Part shown: piece after piece, positions 30,001 to 40,316 of the stretch
Layout: each line of letters opens with the position of its first letter
Position numbering within the stretch: the first letter of the stretch is position 1
Notes under the pieces: model-generated
Seen by the model: only the letters and a program-made list of their open reading frames with translations
The model's database searches: none
Told to the model about the DNA's origin: nothing
Translations under genes and position numbers: made by a program
IMG/VR virus record: IMGVR_UViG_3300035670_000067
Span: 1 to 64,000 of that record
DNA length: 64,000 nucleotides
Reading direction: 5' to 3' (one strand)
Source: a virus

Positions 30001-31992
30001 TGTGCTGCTACTTGTAGTAGACATTATTGAAGAACTGCTTGAAGACTCTTCGCTAACTGAACTTTCACTAGAAAAATCAGTATCAGCTATGCCTAATCCA
30101 AATTCATAATGAGCGTGTCTTCCGGGCACACAATGGGGATTTCTTATTATGTCGTCCCCATCTACAACTATGCCATTCAGCCCTCTTTCTATAGCGAATG
30201 TCACTACATCGTTATACGTCTTATTCTTTAGACTCAGCCTTATCCCAGCAATGGTTCCAGCGGTTGTGTTCTTTATGAATACTTTTCTATATTGTGTATA
30301 TCTGTAAGATGATCTAATCAGACCAGTAGTAAACACACTAAATGGATCTGTTGTATCATCGTATTCTTCATTGGATATCGCACCGCCTTCTAAATTCAAA
30401 GTATCTTGATAATGATACTCTGGCTTATAGAAGGAAAGTTCTTTTATCGTTGATGATGAAGAACTTGATGATGATGAACTAAATGAACTTGTCGAACTGG
30501 ACGTGTAGCTTATTGAAGAACTACTGGACGATGAAGAAGATGAAAATGTCGAACTGCTGGATGATGAAGATGAAGTAACGCCGGCAGCAGTAGAACTGCT
30601 TGATGATGAAAGCGAAGATGGTGATGAACTTTCTCCACCGCTACTCAAATCCGATATTGAAGAAGACGATGAACTCCAGGAACTGAACTCTCTAGAAGAA
30701 CTGCTAGAATTAGAAGACAACGAAGATGAAGAACTATATCCACTTAATTCTACCGAAGAATCTGATGATGCTGAAGATGATGAACTCCATGAATTTAGCT
30801 CTAATGAGGATGAAGATGATGATAATCCCGGACCATCATAAACTAATGCAGATTCTTCGAGATTATACGCTACTAAATCTAATGCTCCCATTTCATCGGG
30901 AATCGTCGGCCAATTTGGAACCCTGTCGAATGACCACCAGCAACGAAGATTGTTTGTCGCACTATGCCGCGCCAAATCTAATGGATTTCCATTATTGAAT
31001 AACTCTGCAACTTCACCCTGCGCATCTTCGCCAACCCCAATATCACCATCAGTAAACTGTTTATCCCAGAATGAAATCTCATCATAGAATCCACCAGCTT
31101 GAATCGCCGCAGATGAATATCTTCTTGGAATATGAACAAACATAGCTGTAGAAACTAAATCTTCAACACCAACCAAGGAAACTGTACCTATCAAGACATT
31201 ATCAATATATACCTTCAGAACGCCGCCCTTATCAGCACTATAAACTATATGATGCCAGCGTCCATCCATAACTTGCAAAGTCACATCAGCTTTACTATTA
31301 GTCACCGCCGTGATTTTTGCTGTTCCAGCCTGATTGTACAAAACTGCTCTTAACTTCCATGATGTTGAACTTGTGTTTATCAGCATCACTGCGTGAGCAT
31401 AAAACAAACCTATTGATAAGATTCTAACTTGCTCTAAATTAGCATAATCGCCGGCGTTCAATTTCTCAAATTTGTGATATAAAGAAACTGTGAATGACAG
31501 TCTTTTCAATAATAGTTCATTCTGCGCGGATTCTAAATATCCATCATCACTGTCTAACTGTATACCGCCTATGTTGGCTATACTTGATGAAGAAGAATTA
31601 CCAGTAGATTCACTAAACGAAGATTCGCTTTGACTAGAACTTGACCAACTTCTATATTCTTGCGAAGTGGAAGAACTTGAATTCGAAGTCAAGCTTGTGG
31701 AACTAGAACTTGACCAACTTGAAAATTCCCGCGAAGAAGCTGAACTTAATTCTGATGTGGATGAACTTGACCAAGTATCTAATTCTAAACTTGAACTTGA
31801 CCAGCTTGAATATTCTTCACTAGAAGACGATGAGCTAAACTCATGTCCAGATATTGACGATGATGACGAAGACGAAGATTGTGAAGATAATGAAGTGGAA
31901 GATAATGAAGTGGAAGAAGATGATGACGATGATGATGATGACAGTGAAGAGCTTGAATATGATGAATATTCTATTGATGAACTGCTTGACAT
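27094..31992 (-). CDS. Giant Ser-rich tail protein with three LamG/ConA-like domains
   Basis: Four long poly-Ser tracts separating LamG1 (DGRWHHIV..VYIDN..FYDEISFW), an interrupted central domain, and two C-terminal LamG domains (LLLHxxG...WYHIAxVR..DEFRIS). Confidence 0.85.
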   Translation of the reverse strand: MSSSSSIEYSSYSSSSLSSSSSSSSSSTSLSSTSLSSQSSSSSSSSISGHEFSSSSSSEEYSSWSSSSLELDTWSSSSTSELSSASSREFSSWSSSSSTSLTSNSSSSTSQEYRSWSSSSQSESSFSESTGNSSSSSIANIGGIQLDSDDGYLESAQNELLLKRLSFTVSLYHKFEKLNAGDYANLEQVRILSIGLFYAHAVMLINTSSTSWKLRAVLYNQAGTAKITAVTNSKADVTLQVMDGRWHHIVYSADKGGVLKVYIDNVLIGTVSLVGVEDLVSTAMFVHIPRRYSSAAIQAGGFYDEISFWDKQFTDGDIGVGEDAQGEVAELFNNGNPLDLARHSATNNLRCWWSFDRVPNWPTIPDEMGALDLVAYNLEESALVYDGPGLSSSSSSLELNSWSSSSSASSDSSVELSGYSSSSSLSSNSSSSSREFSSWSSSSSSISDLSSGGESSSPSSLSSSSSSTAAGVTSSSSSSSSTFSSSSSSSSSSISYTSSSTSSFSSSSSSSSSSTIKELSFYKPEYHYQDTLNLEGGAISNEEYDDTTDPFSVFTTGLIRSSYRYTQYRKVFIKNTTAGTIAGIRLSLKNKTYNDVVTFAIERGLNGIVVDGDDIIRNPHCVPGRHAHYEFGLGIADTDFSSESSVSEESSSSSSIMSTTSSSTSTSSVADSTSSTEAGVTSSSSSTFISASSSVSSHSSSSTLASESSSFSSSSSSTLSTSSRSSASSEYRTSSSSESSSADDVSSLSSSTSETSLTSEDLIESFYSISSSSSLSSTSASSSSSSSSSSSSSSSEYSFYIGSLASGESIGIWLKMRIESHYAYSADDVATLYVTSDSYRNELSIHHARIQFEPSNQYWKWLRNRTGYIRVLWDLVTSSDWTEDQLEQWYALYVNDDKVAECQSNQYDVYIGDPDSIFDIDVYAIPHQKFVFNKTRKTSGKSAVLQWKHKKAEIYDVDHFNMYTNGGSGAITSTVVGEIDGKTGVGHGSKILKSGILKIKEIDPFGEESSSSSSLTSQEYSSWSSSSTASSREFSSWSSSSLSSLSSYSSTSQSSSSSFSSSSSSSSSSSTEAGETSSASSSSSSTSLSSSSSSSSTFASLTSSSTSISSLSSQSSSSSTSISSSSSSSSSSSSSSSSTEASETSSLSSTSESSSESDVSSSSSSSLSYDTEIDPNTVLLLHMDGVDGSTTFTDSALGGSAPHTVTPGGDAKIVHTAKIDNGAGYFDGDGDYLSTPYSATDFPHGTSDFTVEFYVKWNVLGDTHLWSCLNSVHPSMTTLYDNTNHKLYFMSYNGTAYDIQYSVSFTPSTNTWYHIAIVRNGNTWYTFIDGDSKSKTLEDGAYTADLGSSYSQGLRIGFRTDYPLNGYVDEFRISTNVRYTSNFTPSTTAFTSDANTTLLLHFEGAENSTTFTDSGITGHTITPNGDVKIVNLCKFGGASCYLDGTGDDLSIPNSTDWDLGTAGNGDFTLEFWLLLKANANTFICAHDGTGDGTKGWQFGYYAGGAQMYLYTGSGTSRFLSWSPSLNTWYHIALVRSGSTVTNYVDGASIGTFADGDFSSDGCPLFIGQSGENSSYANAYFEELRLSKGIARYTSDFTPPATAFQPYLLADASSSSSSSSTAVSETSSQIIDE

Positions 31993-31993
31993 A

Positions 31994-32812
31994 TTAACAC
32001 TGCAAGCTCATTTGGAATTGCAGATCATATAGCAATGTTCCAGAACCATTACCTTCAGAATCTTTGCCGCCATTACTTGTGCCAGTGTTTAATCCTGTCA
32101 TTATCACATTCTCATATGTATTTCCATTCAAGAATAATGTCCCGATCTTACCCAGAGGTCCACAACTACAAAGATAGTTGAACATATAGGCCTCTTTGTG
32201 TTGTACTGAAGTATGCGCCAGCCAGCAACTTAGGGCTATAGTAACAATACCATCGTTCAAATTGGATACAGGCGCATTCGTTCTGAATTTTCTTGGTCTT
32301 GACAATTGTGAAAATGATACGGGCATCGCAGCTTCCCAGTTATTGTAGAATCTAAATCTAAATTCACTAAAGGACTGGTCTTTATCTTGATACTTATATT
32401 GAAAATAACCATCTCTGACTTGCGTCGTGCTGGGCTGAGCCTGCATGAAGTTTTGGCTATCGGAAAGTATGAAATCTAAACTGTATCGAAAATATTGATT
32501 ATGAGTCATAACGTCAAAATCTACAGATGCTGGCACTACATCTTGATACGTGTTATCGTTTACGATTAAATTGGCTCTGCTATGCTTGGCGACTTCTTCG
32601 CCAAGATTGTAATGCAGAGCTTCTATCTCTGTCTTTGTCTTATTGGCTATATGCCACGAACAGTCTATGGTGATCCTTCTATCTACTTCGTCAGATGGTT
32701 TTAGCAGAGCGCCTATCGCTCTGGGGAATGTTAATGATATCGGATTGCTAGAACCGGAAAATGCGACGTTCGTTATGTGAGATATTCTGACCCCTCCAAG
32801 AATAGCTGACAT
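31994..32812 (-). CDS. Putative distal tail protein
   Basis: Immediately follows tape measure; two internally similar beta-rich halves. Confidence 0.5.
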   Translation of the reverse strand: MSAILGGVRISHITNVAFSGSSNPISLTFPRAIGALLKPSDEVDRRITIDCSWHIANKTKTEIEALHYNLGEEVAKHSRANLIVNDNTYQDVVPASVDFDVMTHNQYFRYSLDFILSDSQNFMQAQPSTTQVRDGYFQYKYQDKDQSFSEFRFRFYNNWEAAMPVSFSQLSRPRKFRTNAPVSNLNDGIVTIALSCWLAHTSVQHKEAYMFNYLCSCGPLGKIGTLFLNGNTYENVIMTGLNTGTSNGGKDSEGNGSGTLLYDLQFQMSLQC

Positions 32813-35800
32813 TATGCAACACTCCAGACATCGCCAGTGCCAGCGTTATCGAAGACACTCACACCACCTCTTTTCCCAGCAACTGCCCCTCTATTTTCTT
32901 CTCTAAGTCTGCGCATAGCGTTTAGCATACCAGTTTCAACAGCTTGCGCAGTTTCTTTCTGTGTCGCTTCTCCGCCCCTAACTGTAAGCGGATCAGGCGA
33001 AATATTGAGCTGTTTCTGTATCTCGCCGATTAACCCTTCCCAAGTTCCCTGCCCCTGTATAGCTCTTTCCTTATAATCAACCTTACCAAACGCTGCTTCT
33101 ATCTTGTCAACTTGTGATCTAACGTATGCATCTCTGGCGGCAGCATCTTGAATCTCAGCAGCATTCGCTGCGACTTCTTTCATGTATCTGTTATAAACAG
33201 TGCGAGAAGCTTTTGTTATTTGAGAAGCTGTCCAATTAGTCTTGGGGAGACCACCAGTGAATGTCTGTCCAGCATATGTTCCACTTCGCGCTGCTCTTTG
33301 AGCTTTCTCAGCTATTGACTGTCTTCTGGTTTTTTCATAATCATGAATATCTGTTAAGACTTGAGCCTTATTGCCAGCAGCACCGGCGGCTCTCGCTGCT
33401 CCAGCTTGCCCGCTAAGATAGTCTAAAATCTTTTCGCCATATTCTTTCAGTGTATCGGTGACTTGACCGATGCTATTTTCTATAGCTTGAGCAGCAATCT
33501 CAGCATTGTCTTTAAGTAACTTTTCATTTTCTTTTATCTTGTCAGCAACTCTAGCACGTTCTCTCTTGACTGCGTCAGAAGCGTTTTTGGTATTAGGATC
33601 AAAGAATTGATCTGCATTCGCAAAAAGATTTTTTAATACTTCTGGCGTCGCCTTATCAAACCTTACATCTAATCCGAATTTTTTTGCTATATCCAAAGAG
33701 GCCGCTTGCAGCATAGTGTCAAACGCGAACATAGCCGGAGACGTGTATTTTAAAATATTCCAGATCAATTGGAAAATTCCATATAATGCATACGCTGTCG
33801 TCACGATAGACTTCAATCCATTATAAACACTTCTAACTCCATCCATTATAGTTGTGATAACTTTATTGTCGCTATTCAATATCCAATCAAATATCTGTAA
33901 TATGATATCATATATCTTATACAACGCGATTGTTCCAGCAACTAAAAACGTCTCCCACAACCATTTCATAGCTGACACAGTTTCGCCAGAAAATATAGAA
34001 TTCTTCATTAAAGCTCCGATATCGAATGAAGCTATCAGAACTCCAATCTGAGATAATAACCAGATTAATCCTAATGACGCATAAGTCAACGCTTTGTTTA
34101 TAGCGAAAACGATCATGCTGTAAATTTCTTGTCCGAATCTTTTCAATTTATCTACACTATACATATCGCCTCTAAATATACCAACGAACACGTTCTTTAT
34201 TTTTTCGCCAATCGTAAGTATTTTCAACAATGCGTCTGAGACTATTCTGGCAAACATAATGATATAATTTGTATCGCCCATTTTCATCATACTGGTGAAA
34301 AATTTATAGATATCCATAAGTTTAGACTTTATCTTTTCTATGACTTGAGGATCGAACATCGTACCATGCACTAATGATTTCACCGCTTCCAAGAATTTCT
34401 CGAAAGAAGCTTTCATGAAATCAACCACTGGTCTGAGTACCACTAAGGCTTTACCAAATCTTTCGATTATAGATTCTATTCTGGACGATGTCAGAATTTT
34501 TCCTAATTCTTTCCAATATGACATCATCTTATTGGAAAAAACTGTCGCAGATAAAAGTTTATCAAGCAACTTAGCGAATGACAATTTCGCAACATTTATT
34601 GTTTCATTGATTCTCGCTAACTTACTTTGCATCGTGTTTAGCGCCATCCCAACCTGTGCAGAAACAGATTTTTCAAGTTTTTCAAACTCTTGACGCATCT
34701 GCGCTATTTCTTCAATCGCACCCTTCTTACTAAAGATACCAAATGCTCTACGAGCTTGCACCAAGCCGAAAACTTTAGATAATTTTTCAACTGGGATTTT
34801 ACCCAGTTGTTGAATCATCTGAGCGAATCCTTCACCAAATCCGCGCTTCTTTGTTACATCCTGTATTTTATTCATATCCAAGCCAAGAGCTTCCATCTCT
34901 TTCCTGGCTTTACTCGAAGGTCTATAAACAGCTTCTGCGAATCTCTGCATATATTTACTGCTAGTCCCGGCAGAACCTCTGCCAAATGCGCGAGTCAGAT
35001 ACGCCAACTGTATCGCGGCTTCTCTAGCAGGAACACCTAATGATTCGAGAATAGAAGCTGCAGATGACAATGCTGGACCATACTCTTGCAGTGTAGTAAC
35101 GCCTAAGGTCGTACCAGCATTCAATATTCTGCCAGCTTCAGCAGCATCTTTCAATTGACTCTTATAAGCGTTGAAGAAAGTTACCAATGAATTTGTCGCT
35201 TCGCCCAAGTCTGACATATCACCCATCGCCAACTGTACTGAAGCTCTCAGAACATCAAGCGCTTCTTTCTGAGTACGAAACCCTGATGACAATGTATTGA
35301 ACATCGCTTCGTTTATAGCTTCAAACGACATACCAGTTCTATACATCATTTTTTGAACTGCTGTCATCACCCACTGGAATTTAGTTCCATAGATATCAAT
35401 TACTTCTTGTGCGGCCTTAACAGCACCTCTTTCAAACGAAACAAATAACACAAGACTGTCGTTAGCGAATTTAGCGATACTTTCTAAGATATTATTCATT
35501 GACATCCGTGTCAATGCAGCAAGCCCCTTCCAGAAAGAAGACCAAATTTCTTTTATGACTCTCACAGATCCCTTAACTATAGCGCCAATAATTCTAAATC
35601 CAGCAGTCAACACATCACCGATGACTTTCATGGATTTAGTAACTATATCAATAACTTCTTCAAATATGAGTTGAATACGTCCAGCAATTACTTGTATTGT
35701 GGATATTACTCCCATGACAACTAATGTGATACCGGCCATCACCGCAGCACCAATCGCTGTGCCGCCACCTGGACCGCCAGCTAATGTCCCGATAATACCA

Positions 35801-36855
35801 CCGATTAAACCTGAAGCAAGTGTATAACCGATACCCCTTATTGCACCGCCAACCGAAACCGCCAACTTTCTTAAACTGAATGTCAAGAAATTGAAAAACA
35901 TTTCGGCGATTGTTCCTGCGGCTCTACCTAAATCGCCAGCGACTGCGCTAACAGTGTCGCCAAAGATACTACCAACCGTAGAAGCAATTGATCCAACGGC
36001 GGCTCTGGCAGATCCTGATGTTCTTGACTGCAACGCCATCTGTTGCATTTTAGTACCGATATCAATAGCAGTAAAACCAAGAGCGCCACCCAGTTCTAAT
36101 GCCCCCTGTCTAACTGTATTACGTATCATATCTCTTCGTTGTTTTAGTACCTTGGCTCTTTCTCTAAATTGAGAACGCATAGTTCTCTGATATGCGGAAT
36201 TAGCTTTAGCTCTTAACCGCTGAACTCTTAATTCTTCTGCTATATCTCCACCAACAATTCCAGTTTGACCAGCTAATTTGCCAGACGCAGAACGAACATA
36301 GTTATTTGCTATTTCGCGAACTTCTTTTATAGAGCGTCCGTATTTATGCATACCGGCAGCAGCTTTATCCATATTAACTACTGATATTTTAGCTAAAGTG
36401 TCTCTCATCGGCTGCAGATATTTGTTTGCATTCAGCGCAGAAACACCAGCCTGCTTCAATTTAAGTGAAAGAGCGGCAATTTTCATATTATATGAATGCA
36501 TTACCCTAACTTTAGCAGAATTCATAATTGACGCCATAGTTCTAGATATACTATCGCCAGTTTGCCTAAAACTTCTGGAAGTTTTAGCGGAAACACTACG
36601 CAAATTCCCATATCTATTCTGAAGTAATCTTATCGTCCCACTGTAATCCCCAAGCTTCTTATCTGCTCTTTCAGCAGACTTCACCAAAGCATCTACATCT
36701 GCTTTAGTAAGTGTAAACCCCTTACCGGAAGTCTTACGAATTTTTTCTAATTCTGCGCGTAAATCAGCCGCAGTACCAACTAATTTAGCGATCTGCTTCT
36801 GAGAGTTGCCGGTCTTTATGCCAAGAACAAATCTTATTTCTCGTTCTCTGGCCAT
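32812..36855 (-). CDS. Tail tape measure protein
   Basis: 1347 aa, helical Ala/Gly-rich, TP901-type core (EAMFNTLSSG..AVYRPSSKARKEMEALG), hydrophobic Gly-rich stretch. Confidence 0.9.
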   Translation of the reverse strand: MAREREIRFVLGIKTGNSQKQIAKLVGTAADLRAELEKIRKTSGKGFTLTKADVDALVKSAERADKKLGDYSGTIRLLQNRYGNLRSVSAKTSRSFRQTGDSISRTMASIMNSAKVRVMHSYNMKIAALSLKLKQAGVSALNANKYLQPMRDTLAKISVVNMDKAAAGMHKYGRSIKEVREIANNYVRSASGKLAGQTGIVGGDIAEELRVQRLRAKANSAYQRTMRSQFRERAKVLKQRRDMIRNTVRQGALELGGALGFTAIDIGTKMQQMALQSRTSGSARAAVGSIASTVGSIFGDTVSAVAGDLGRAAGTIAEMFFNFLTFSLRKLAVSVGGAIRGIGYTLASGLIGGIIGTLAGGPGGGTAIGAAVMAGITLVVMGVISTIQVIAGRIQLIFEEVIDIVTKSMKVIGDVLTAGFRIIGAIVKGSVRVIKEIWSSFWKGLAALTRMSMNNILESIAKFANDSLVLFVSFERGAVKAAQEVIDIYGTKFQWVMTAVQKMMYRTGMSFEAINEAMFNTLSSGFRTQKEALDVLRASVQLAMGDMSDLGEATNSLVTFFNAYKSQLKDAAEAGRILNAGTTLGVTTLQEYGPALSSAASILESLGVPAREAAIQLAYLTRAFGRGSAGTSSKYMQRFAEAVYRPSSKARKEMEALGLDMNKIQDVTKKRGFGEGFAQMIQQLGKIPVEKLSKVFGLVQARRAFGIFSKKGAIEEIAQMRQEFEKLEKSVSAQVGMALNTMQSKLARINETINVAKLSFAKLLDKLLSATVFSNKMMSYWKELGKILTSSRIESIIERFGKALVVLRPVVDFMKASFEKFLEAVKSLVHGTMFDPQVIEKIKSKLMDIYKFFTSMMKMGDTNYIIMFARIVSDALLKILTIGEKIKNVFVGIFRGDMYSVDKLKRFGQEIYSMIVFAINKALTYASLGLIWLLSQIGVLIASFDIGALMKNSIFSGETVSAMKWLWETFLVAGTIALYKIYDIILQIFDWILNSDNKVITTIMDGVRSVYNGLKSIVTTAYALYGIFQLIWNILKYTSPAMFAFDTMLQAASLDIAKKFGLDVRFDKATPEVLKNLFANADQFFDPNTKNASDAVKRERARVADKIKENEKLLKDNAEIAAQAIENSIGQVTDTLKEYGEKILDYLSGQAGAARAAGAAGNKAQVLTDIHDYEKTRRQSIAEKAQRAARSGTYAGQTFTGGLPKTNWTASQITKASRTVYNRYMKEVAANAAEIQDAAARDAYVRSQVDKIEAAFGKVDYKERAIQGQGTWEGLIGEIQKQLNISPDPLTVRGGEATQKETAQAVETGMLNAMRRLREENRGAVAGKRGGVSVFDNAGTGDVWSVA

Positions 36856-37487
36856 TATTTCACGCTGTTAGGATTCCATTTACCATAGTTGAGTTTGAAA
36901 TTAGGAGCCTTCTTAGAATATTCTATTAGCTGCGTTCTCAAATTTTCAAATTCTTCGTGAGACATTGTTGCCAATCTGTTCTTCACGTTATCAACATCTA
37001 TATATGGAAGTTTTATCTCTCCATTCATTACTTTCGCCCTAGCTTCATCTATGGACTGCTTAGAATAACCGTGCTGTGCAATCATAAGATCAAATTGTGA
37101 CATGCTGGGCTGAACTGTTACAAATGCATTAGACGTATGTAGCTGCTGCCCCGTAGTGGCGGCTGGCTGGGCATTTTGAGCAGCAATGGCGGCGTCTCCA
37201 AACATGCTCTTGTCCTTTTTAGGGTCTGCATACATACGCCGTTGCATACAGCCTATTGCGAACATGATAGATTCAATTAATGATGGATCTTCTGAGTCCA
37301 CCATATCAACAAATTCAGATAATGTCTTACACCCGCCCATCCCCATTGTCGCTGCTATCGCAACAGAACGTTGAATTAAATCATAACGTTCTACATTAAA
37401 GATCTCCTCGCCTATCTGTACCTGATGTACAACCTTAGAGGCGAGGAGATCTTTGTAATACTTTTCGTCTCTGTCTACTGCATTCAC
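36855..37487 (-). CDS. Putative tail assembly chaperone (second)
   Basis: Position immediately before tape measure; GTGA overlap with the upstream gene. Confidence 0.45.
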   Translation of the reverse strand: MNAVDRDEKYYKDLLASKVVHQVQIGEEIFNVERYDLIQRSVAIAATMGMGGCKTLSEFVDMVDSEDPSLIESIMFAIGCMQRRMYADPKKDKSMFGDAAIAAQNAQPAATTGQQLHTSNAFVTVQPSMSQFDLMIAQHGYSKQSIDEARAKVMNGEIKLPYIDVDNVKNRLATMSHEEFENLRTQLIEYSKKAPNFKLNYGKWNPNSVK

Positions 37488-37918
37488 TTAGACGCGATAT
37501 TGATGATGTCAGAAGGCTTAACGTCTTCTTCTTTGTCTATAGTGCCAGTAAGTGCGAATTTGAAAACAAGCTGCATAGTATAAAGATCCATAATTTCCTC
37601 AAGACGTTTCTTTGCTTCTTCAATATCCATGGATTTGAATTCAGGATGTGCCTTGCCCAAGGATATCACTATACCCTTCATCATATTACCAAGCATCTTG
37701 TCATTCTCTCCATCAATTTTATTTTCAATAGCACTTAACTCATCAAACTCTTCTTCAGACAACCCAACTGCTCCCTCTTTTTTCTGGAGAAAACGCATTC
37801 TGGTAAACGCACTACTCTCTTCCTTATCCATCAAAGCCTTATGCTCAGAATAAGTGAGAGTCGTAAACGTGTAAACCTTTTCATCTGCGAGCTTGACGAG
37901 CAACTTTCTCATTTCCAA
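37484..37918 (-). CDS. Putative tail assembly chaperone
   Basis: Acidic helical protein directly after the tail tube gene; AAGGA SD. Confidence 0.5.
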   Translation of the reverse strand: MEMRKLLVKLADEKVYTFTTLTYSEHKALMDKEESSAFTRMRFLQKKEGAVGLSEEEFDELSAIENKIDGENDKMLGNMMKGIVISLGKAHPEFKSMDIEEAKKRLEEIMDLYTMQLVFKFALTGTIDKEEDVKPSDIINIASK

Positions 37919-37947
37919 TTCCTTTATGTTGGATTAGAACTAATAAC

Positions 37948-37978
37948 AAAAAAGAAGCCGGCTCAAAGAGCCGGCTTC
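37948..37978 (-). terminator. Rho-independent terminator after the tail tube gene
   Basis: GAAGCCGGCTC-TTT-GAGCCGGCTTC followed by TTTTTT. Confidence 0.85.
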
Positions 37979-37998
37979 GGATGGCTTCGAGGTTTTCT

Positions 37999-38433
37999 TT
38001 AGACGTTAGCGTTCCACACCGGGGCGGTCGCACCCAGCGAGATGTGGCCAGGATCAGCAATCGTAAACGTCAAATCACTTGTGACGAAGTCATTCTGTGT
38101 ACTGGCCACAGAATAGTTACTGAGCTTACAAGCTTCAATAGTTCCAGCAAGACCGCCGCCGTTGGGACCAAACCCAAGCACGACGTCAACATAGTTGTTT
38201 GTCAACATCGCATCACTGAGAGTCCAGCGTGAGCTGGACGCAGTAATCTCGCCAGATCTATTGCCAAGCTCGATAGCAAGTGGAAGACGATAATCGCCAC
38301 CGTACAGACTCTGAGGATCGCCGTCATAACTGACAGAGATTTCTGTCATCACGCCGACGCCAACAGCAGGTGAAACCGCATTCTCTGCTCTAACAACCAT
38401 AGTACCGACAGAAAACTGATATGTGTACGCCAT
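37999..38433 (-). CDS. Major tail tube protein
   Basis: Beta-rich 144 aa with capsid-like codon usage, AGGAG SD and its own terminator; canonical position. Confidence 0.65.
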   Translation of the reverse strand: MAYTYQFSVGTMVVRAENAVSPAVGVGVMTEISVSYDGDPQSLYGGDYRLPLAIELGNRSGEITASSSRWTLSDAMLTNNYVDVVLGFGPNGGGLAGTIEACKLSNYSVASTQNDFVTSDLTFTIADPGHISLGATAPVWNANV

Positions 38434-38493
38434 GATTTTCTCCTAGTTGATTTTTAAGCCATCACGATATTTATCTATCTTGCCCAAACACTC

Positions 38494-39828
38494 TCAATCC
38501 TTCAAATACACTAAATCCAAATATGACTGCAATTCGATCATAGAATTTTCCCATGTCCTCCACACAACCGATGCATATCTATTGTCTATTTCTAAACGCT
38601 GTTCGGCAGTGCCGCGTTCTTCATAAACCTGATTCATTTTGTCTCCAAGTTCCTGAATATCACCAAATCCCATTTCTTCTCCCTCATAATAGGCCGAAGT
38701 CCCGACAGCCAATTTATCGTCGCATCTTCTATATGAAACTTCTTTACACAAATATCTCGCACCCTCCATATATTCCATATAACCACAACATTCATTATTC
38801 AATTGAATGATTGGCTTTTTCATAGCTCCTAATTCTAATCCAGGAAGCCAAGTAGATTCACCACTAGAGAATCCAACCAAACAATCTATACGAGAATACA
38901 CATGAGGCAACACTTCTGGATGAATTGGTACGTCTAATACTGAAATATGAGGTAACTTGTTTGCTGGCAACCCTAGCTTGGCAATGCAGGCATTTAGTTC
39001 AAGCCTTATTGACCATTTAGATCTATCCTCTTGATACTCTCCATAAGGCCGATTGCCATACTTGCAGACCAGCAGAAGGCTAACAGGATCATCTTTTGTA
39101 AACGTATTACAATAGGCTTGAACGATTTCTTCAACACCCTTCCTATAGTTCCAGCTTCCCACCACACCAAATACATATCTGTTACGAAGAGACACAATAT
39201 CAATTGGCGTAATTCCAGGGTGAAATAATTTCCCATCATAACCTATCCTCACTGTTGCTAATTGGGACTTAACTCCCGATTCTTTAAATCTGCGATAATC
39301 TATTTCTGTGGGGCATAAGATAAGATTCGCGTTATTACACCATTCCACAAGTCTAGGTTGCATCCTTCTAGTCTCGATCATAGTCCAGCCTATTACAATT
39401 CTATCAGTTGGCAAGAATTCTTTCTGTAGATGTCCAGGACCAGCTATAACAAGGAATATAGATTTACTAATATCAAAACACGGATTATTCACATACCATT
39501 GCAATCTACTAAACAATGCTGGATGAATATCAATTGGTGATTTTATTGGCGAAAGTTTGATATCATATAATCCAGTCTTTTCAAGACCAAATATCACTTC
39601 TCTTGTGTGCCCAGCATACCCACCATAGAAATCAACATAACCTCTAATATGCAGATTTCTCTTTTTAGCTCCAACGAAATCATTGACCAAAAACGGTCTG
39701 GCTAACGCACCTTCTGACGTCAATACATTTCCAATATCTAATGGACATAGATTCATCTCTTCAGCAACTGGATTAGAACAAGTATCACTATTGTTAGATT
39801 TATCTTTTTTTGCCCTTATCATGGCCAC
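38494..39828 (-). CDS. GT4-like glycosyltransferase inside the tail module
   Basis: GGYAGHTRE, WTMIET, VGSWNYRKGVEEI, FSSGESTWLPGLELGAMKKPII. Confidence 0.85.
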   Translation of the reverse strand: MAMIRAKKDKSNNSDTCSNPVAEEMNLCPLDIGNVLTSEGALARPFLVNDFVGAKKRNLHIRGYVDFYGGYAGHTREVIFGLEKTGLYDIKLSPIKSPIDIHPALFSRLQWYVNNPCFDISKSIFLVIAGPGHLQKEFLPTDRIVIGWTMIETRRMQPRLVEWCNNANLILCPTEIDYRRFKESGVKSQLATVRIGYDGKLFHPGITPIDIVSLRNRYVFGVVGSWNYRKGVEEIVQAYCNTFTKDDPVSLLLVCKYGNRPYGEYQEDRSKWSIRLELNACIAKLGLPANKLPHISVLDVPIHPEVLPHVYSRIDCLVGFSSGESTWLPGLELGAMKKPIIQLNNECCGYMEYMEGARYLCKEVSYRRCDDKLAVGTSAYYEGEEMGFGDIQELGDKMNQVYEERGTAEQRLEIDNRYASVVWRTWENSMIELQSYLDLVYLKD

Positions 39829-40316
39829 TCATCCTCGGTTCCATATCTGCTTTGGTAATCTTCATCCTTTGCTGAGACCACGAGAGAAAAATTCATAAAT
39901 CCACAATACTTCTCAAATTGATTTGAATATCTGAATTCTCTTTGTGTTCTCAAGCACTTGGCTACATACAAACCATAATTGCTAGGACTGTTTACTTCGC
40001 ATAATTGTTGTGGACGTTTATTTAAAATATTTTCTATCTCGTCCATTATCTTACTAGCGGTCGTCCTAGGATTCTTATCCGTCTTTTCAACCCACACATA
40101 AAATCCTATAGAAGCGTGTTCTGCTGGCAACTTTTCTTCAGCATTTTCTATCACGTAATCGTAACATATCTGTGGATATCTATTGCCGATAGGATTGCCG
40201 TCACTTGGATGTATTTCTATATTACCATTCTGGTCTTTTGCCAGCAGTTTCACCAAAATTGGCGATAATTCAAGGACTAATGGAATCTTTGCTTCTATTT
40301 TGATTGCTGTTGGCAT
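39819..40316 (-). CDS. Putative tail terminator/completion protein
   Basis: YPQICYD..IGFYVW..ASKIMDEIENILN pattern and position. Confidence 0.55.
   Translation of the reverse strand: MPTAIKIEAKIPLVLELSPILVKLLAKDQNGNIEIHPSDGNPIGNRYPQICYDYVIENAEEKLPAEHASIGFYVWVEKTDKNPRTTASKIMDEIENILNKRPQQLCEVNSPSNYGLYVAKCLRTQREFRYSNQFEKYCGFMNFSLVVSAKDEDYQSRYGTEDEWP

Noticed and set aside
37470-37560. Programmed -1 frameshift joining the two tail chaperone genes
   Set aside because: The -1 frame has TAA immediately before the GTG of the second ORF and no slippery heptamer is visible
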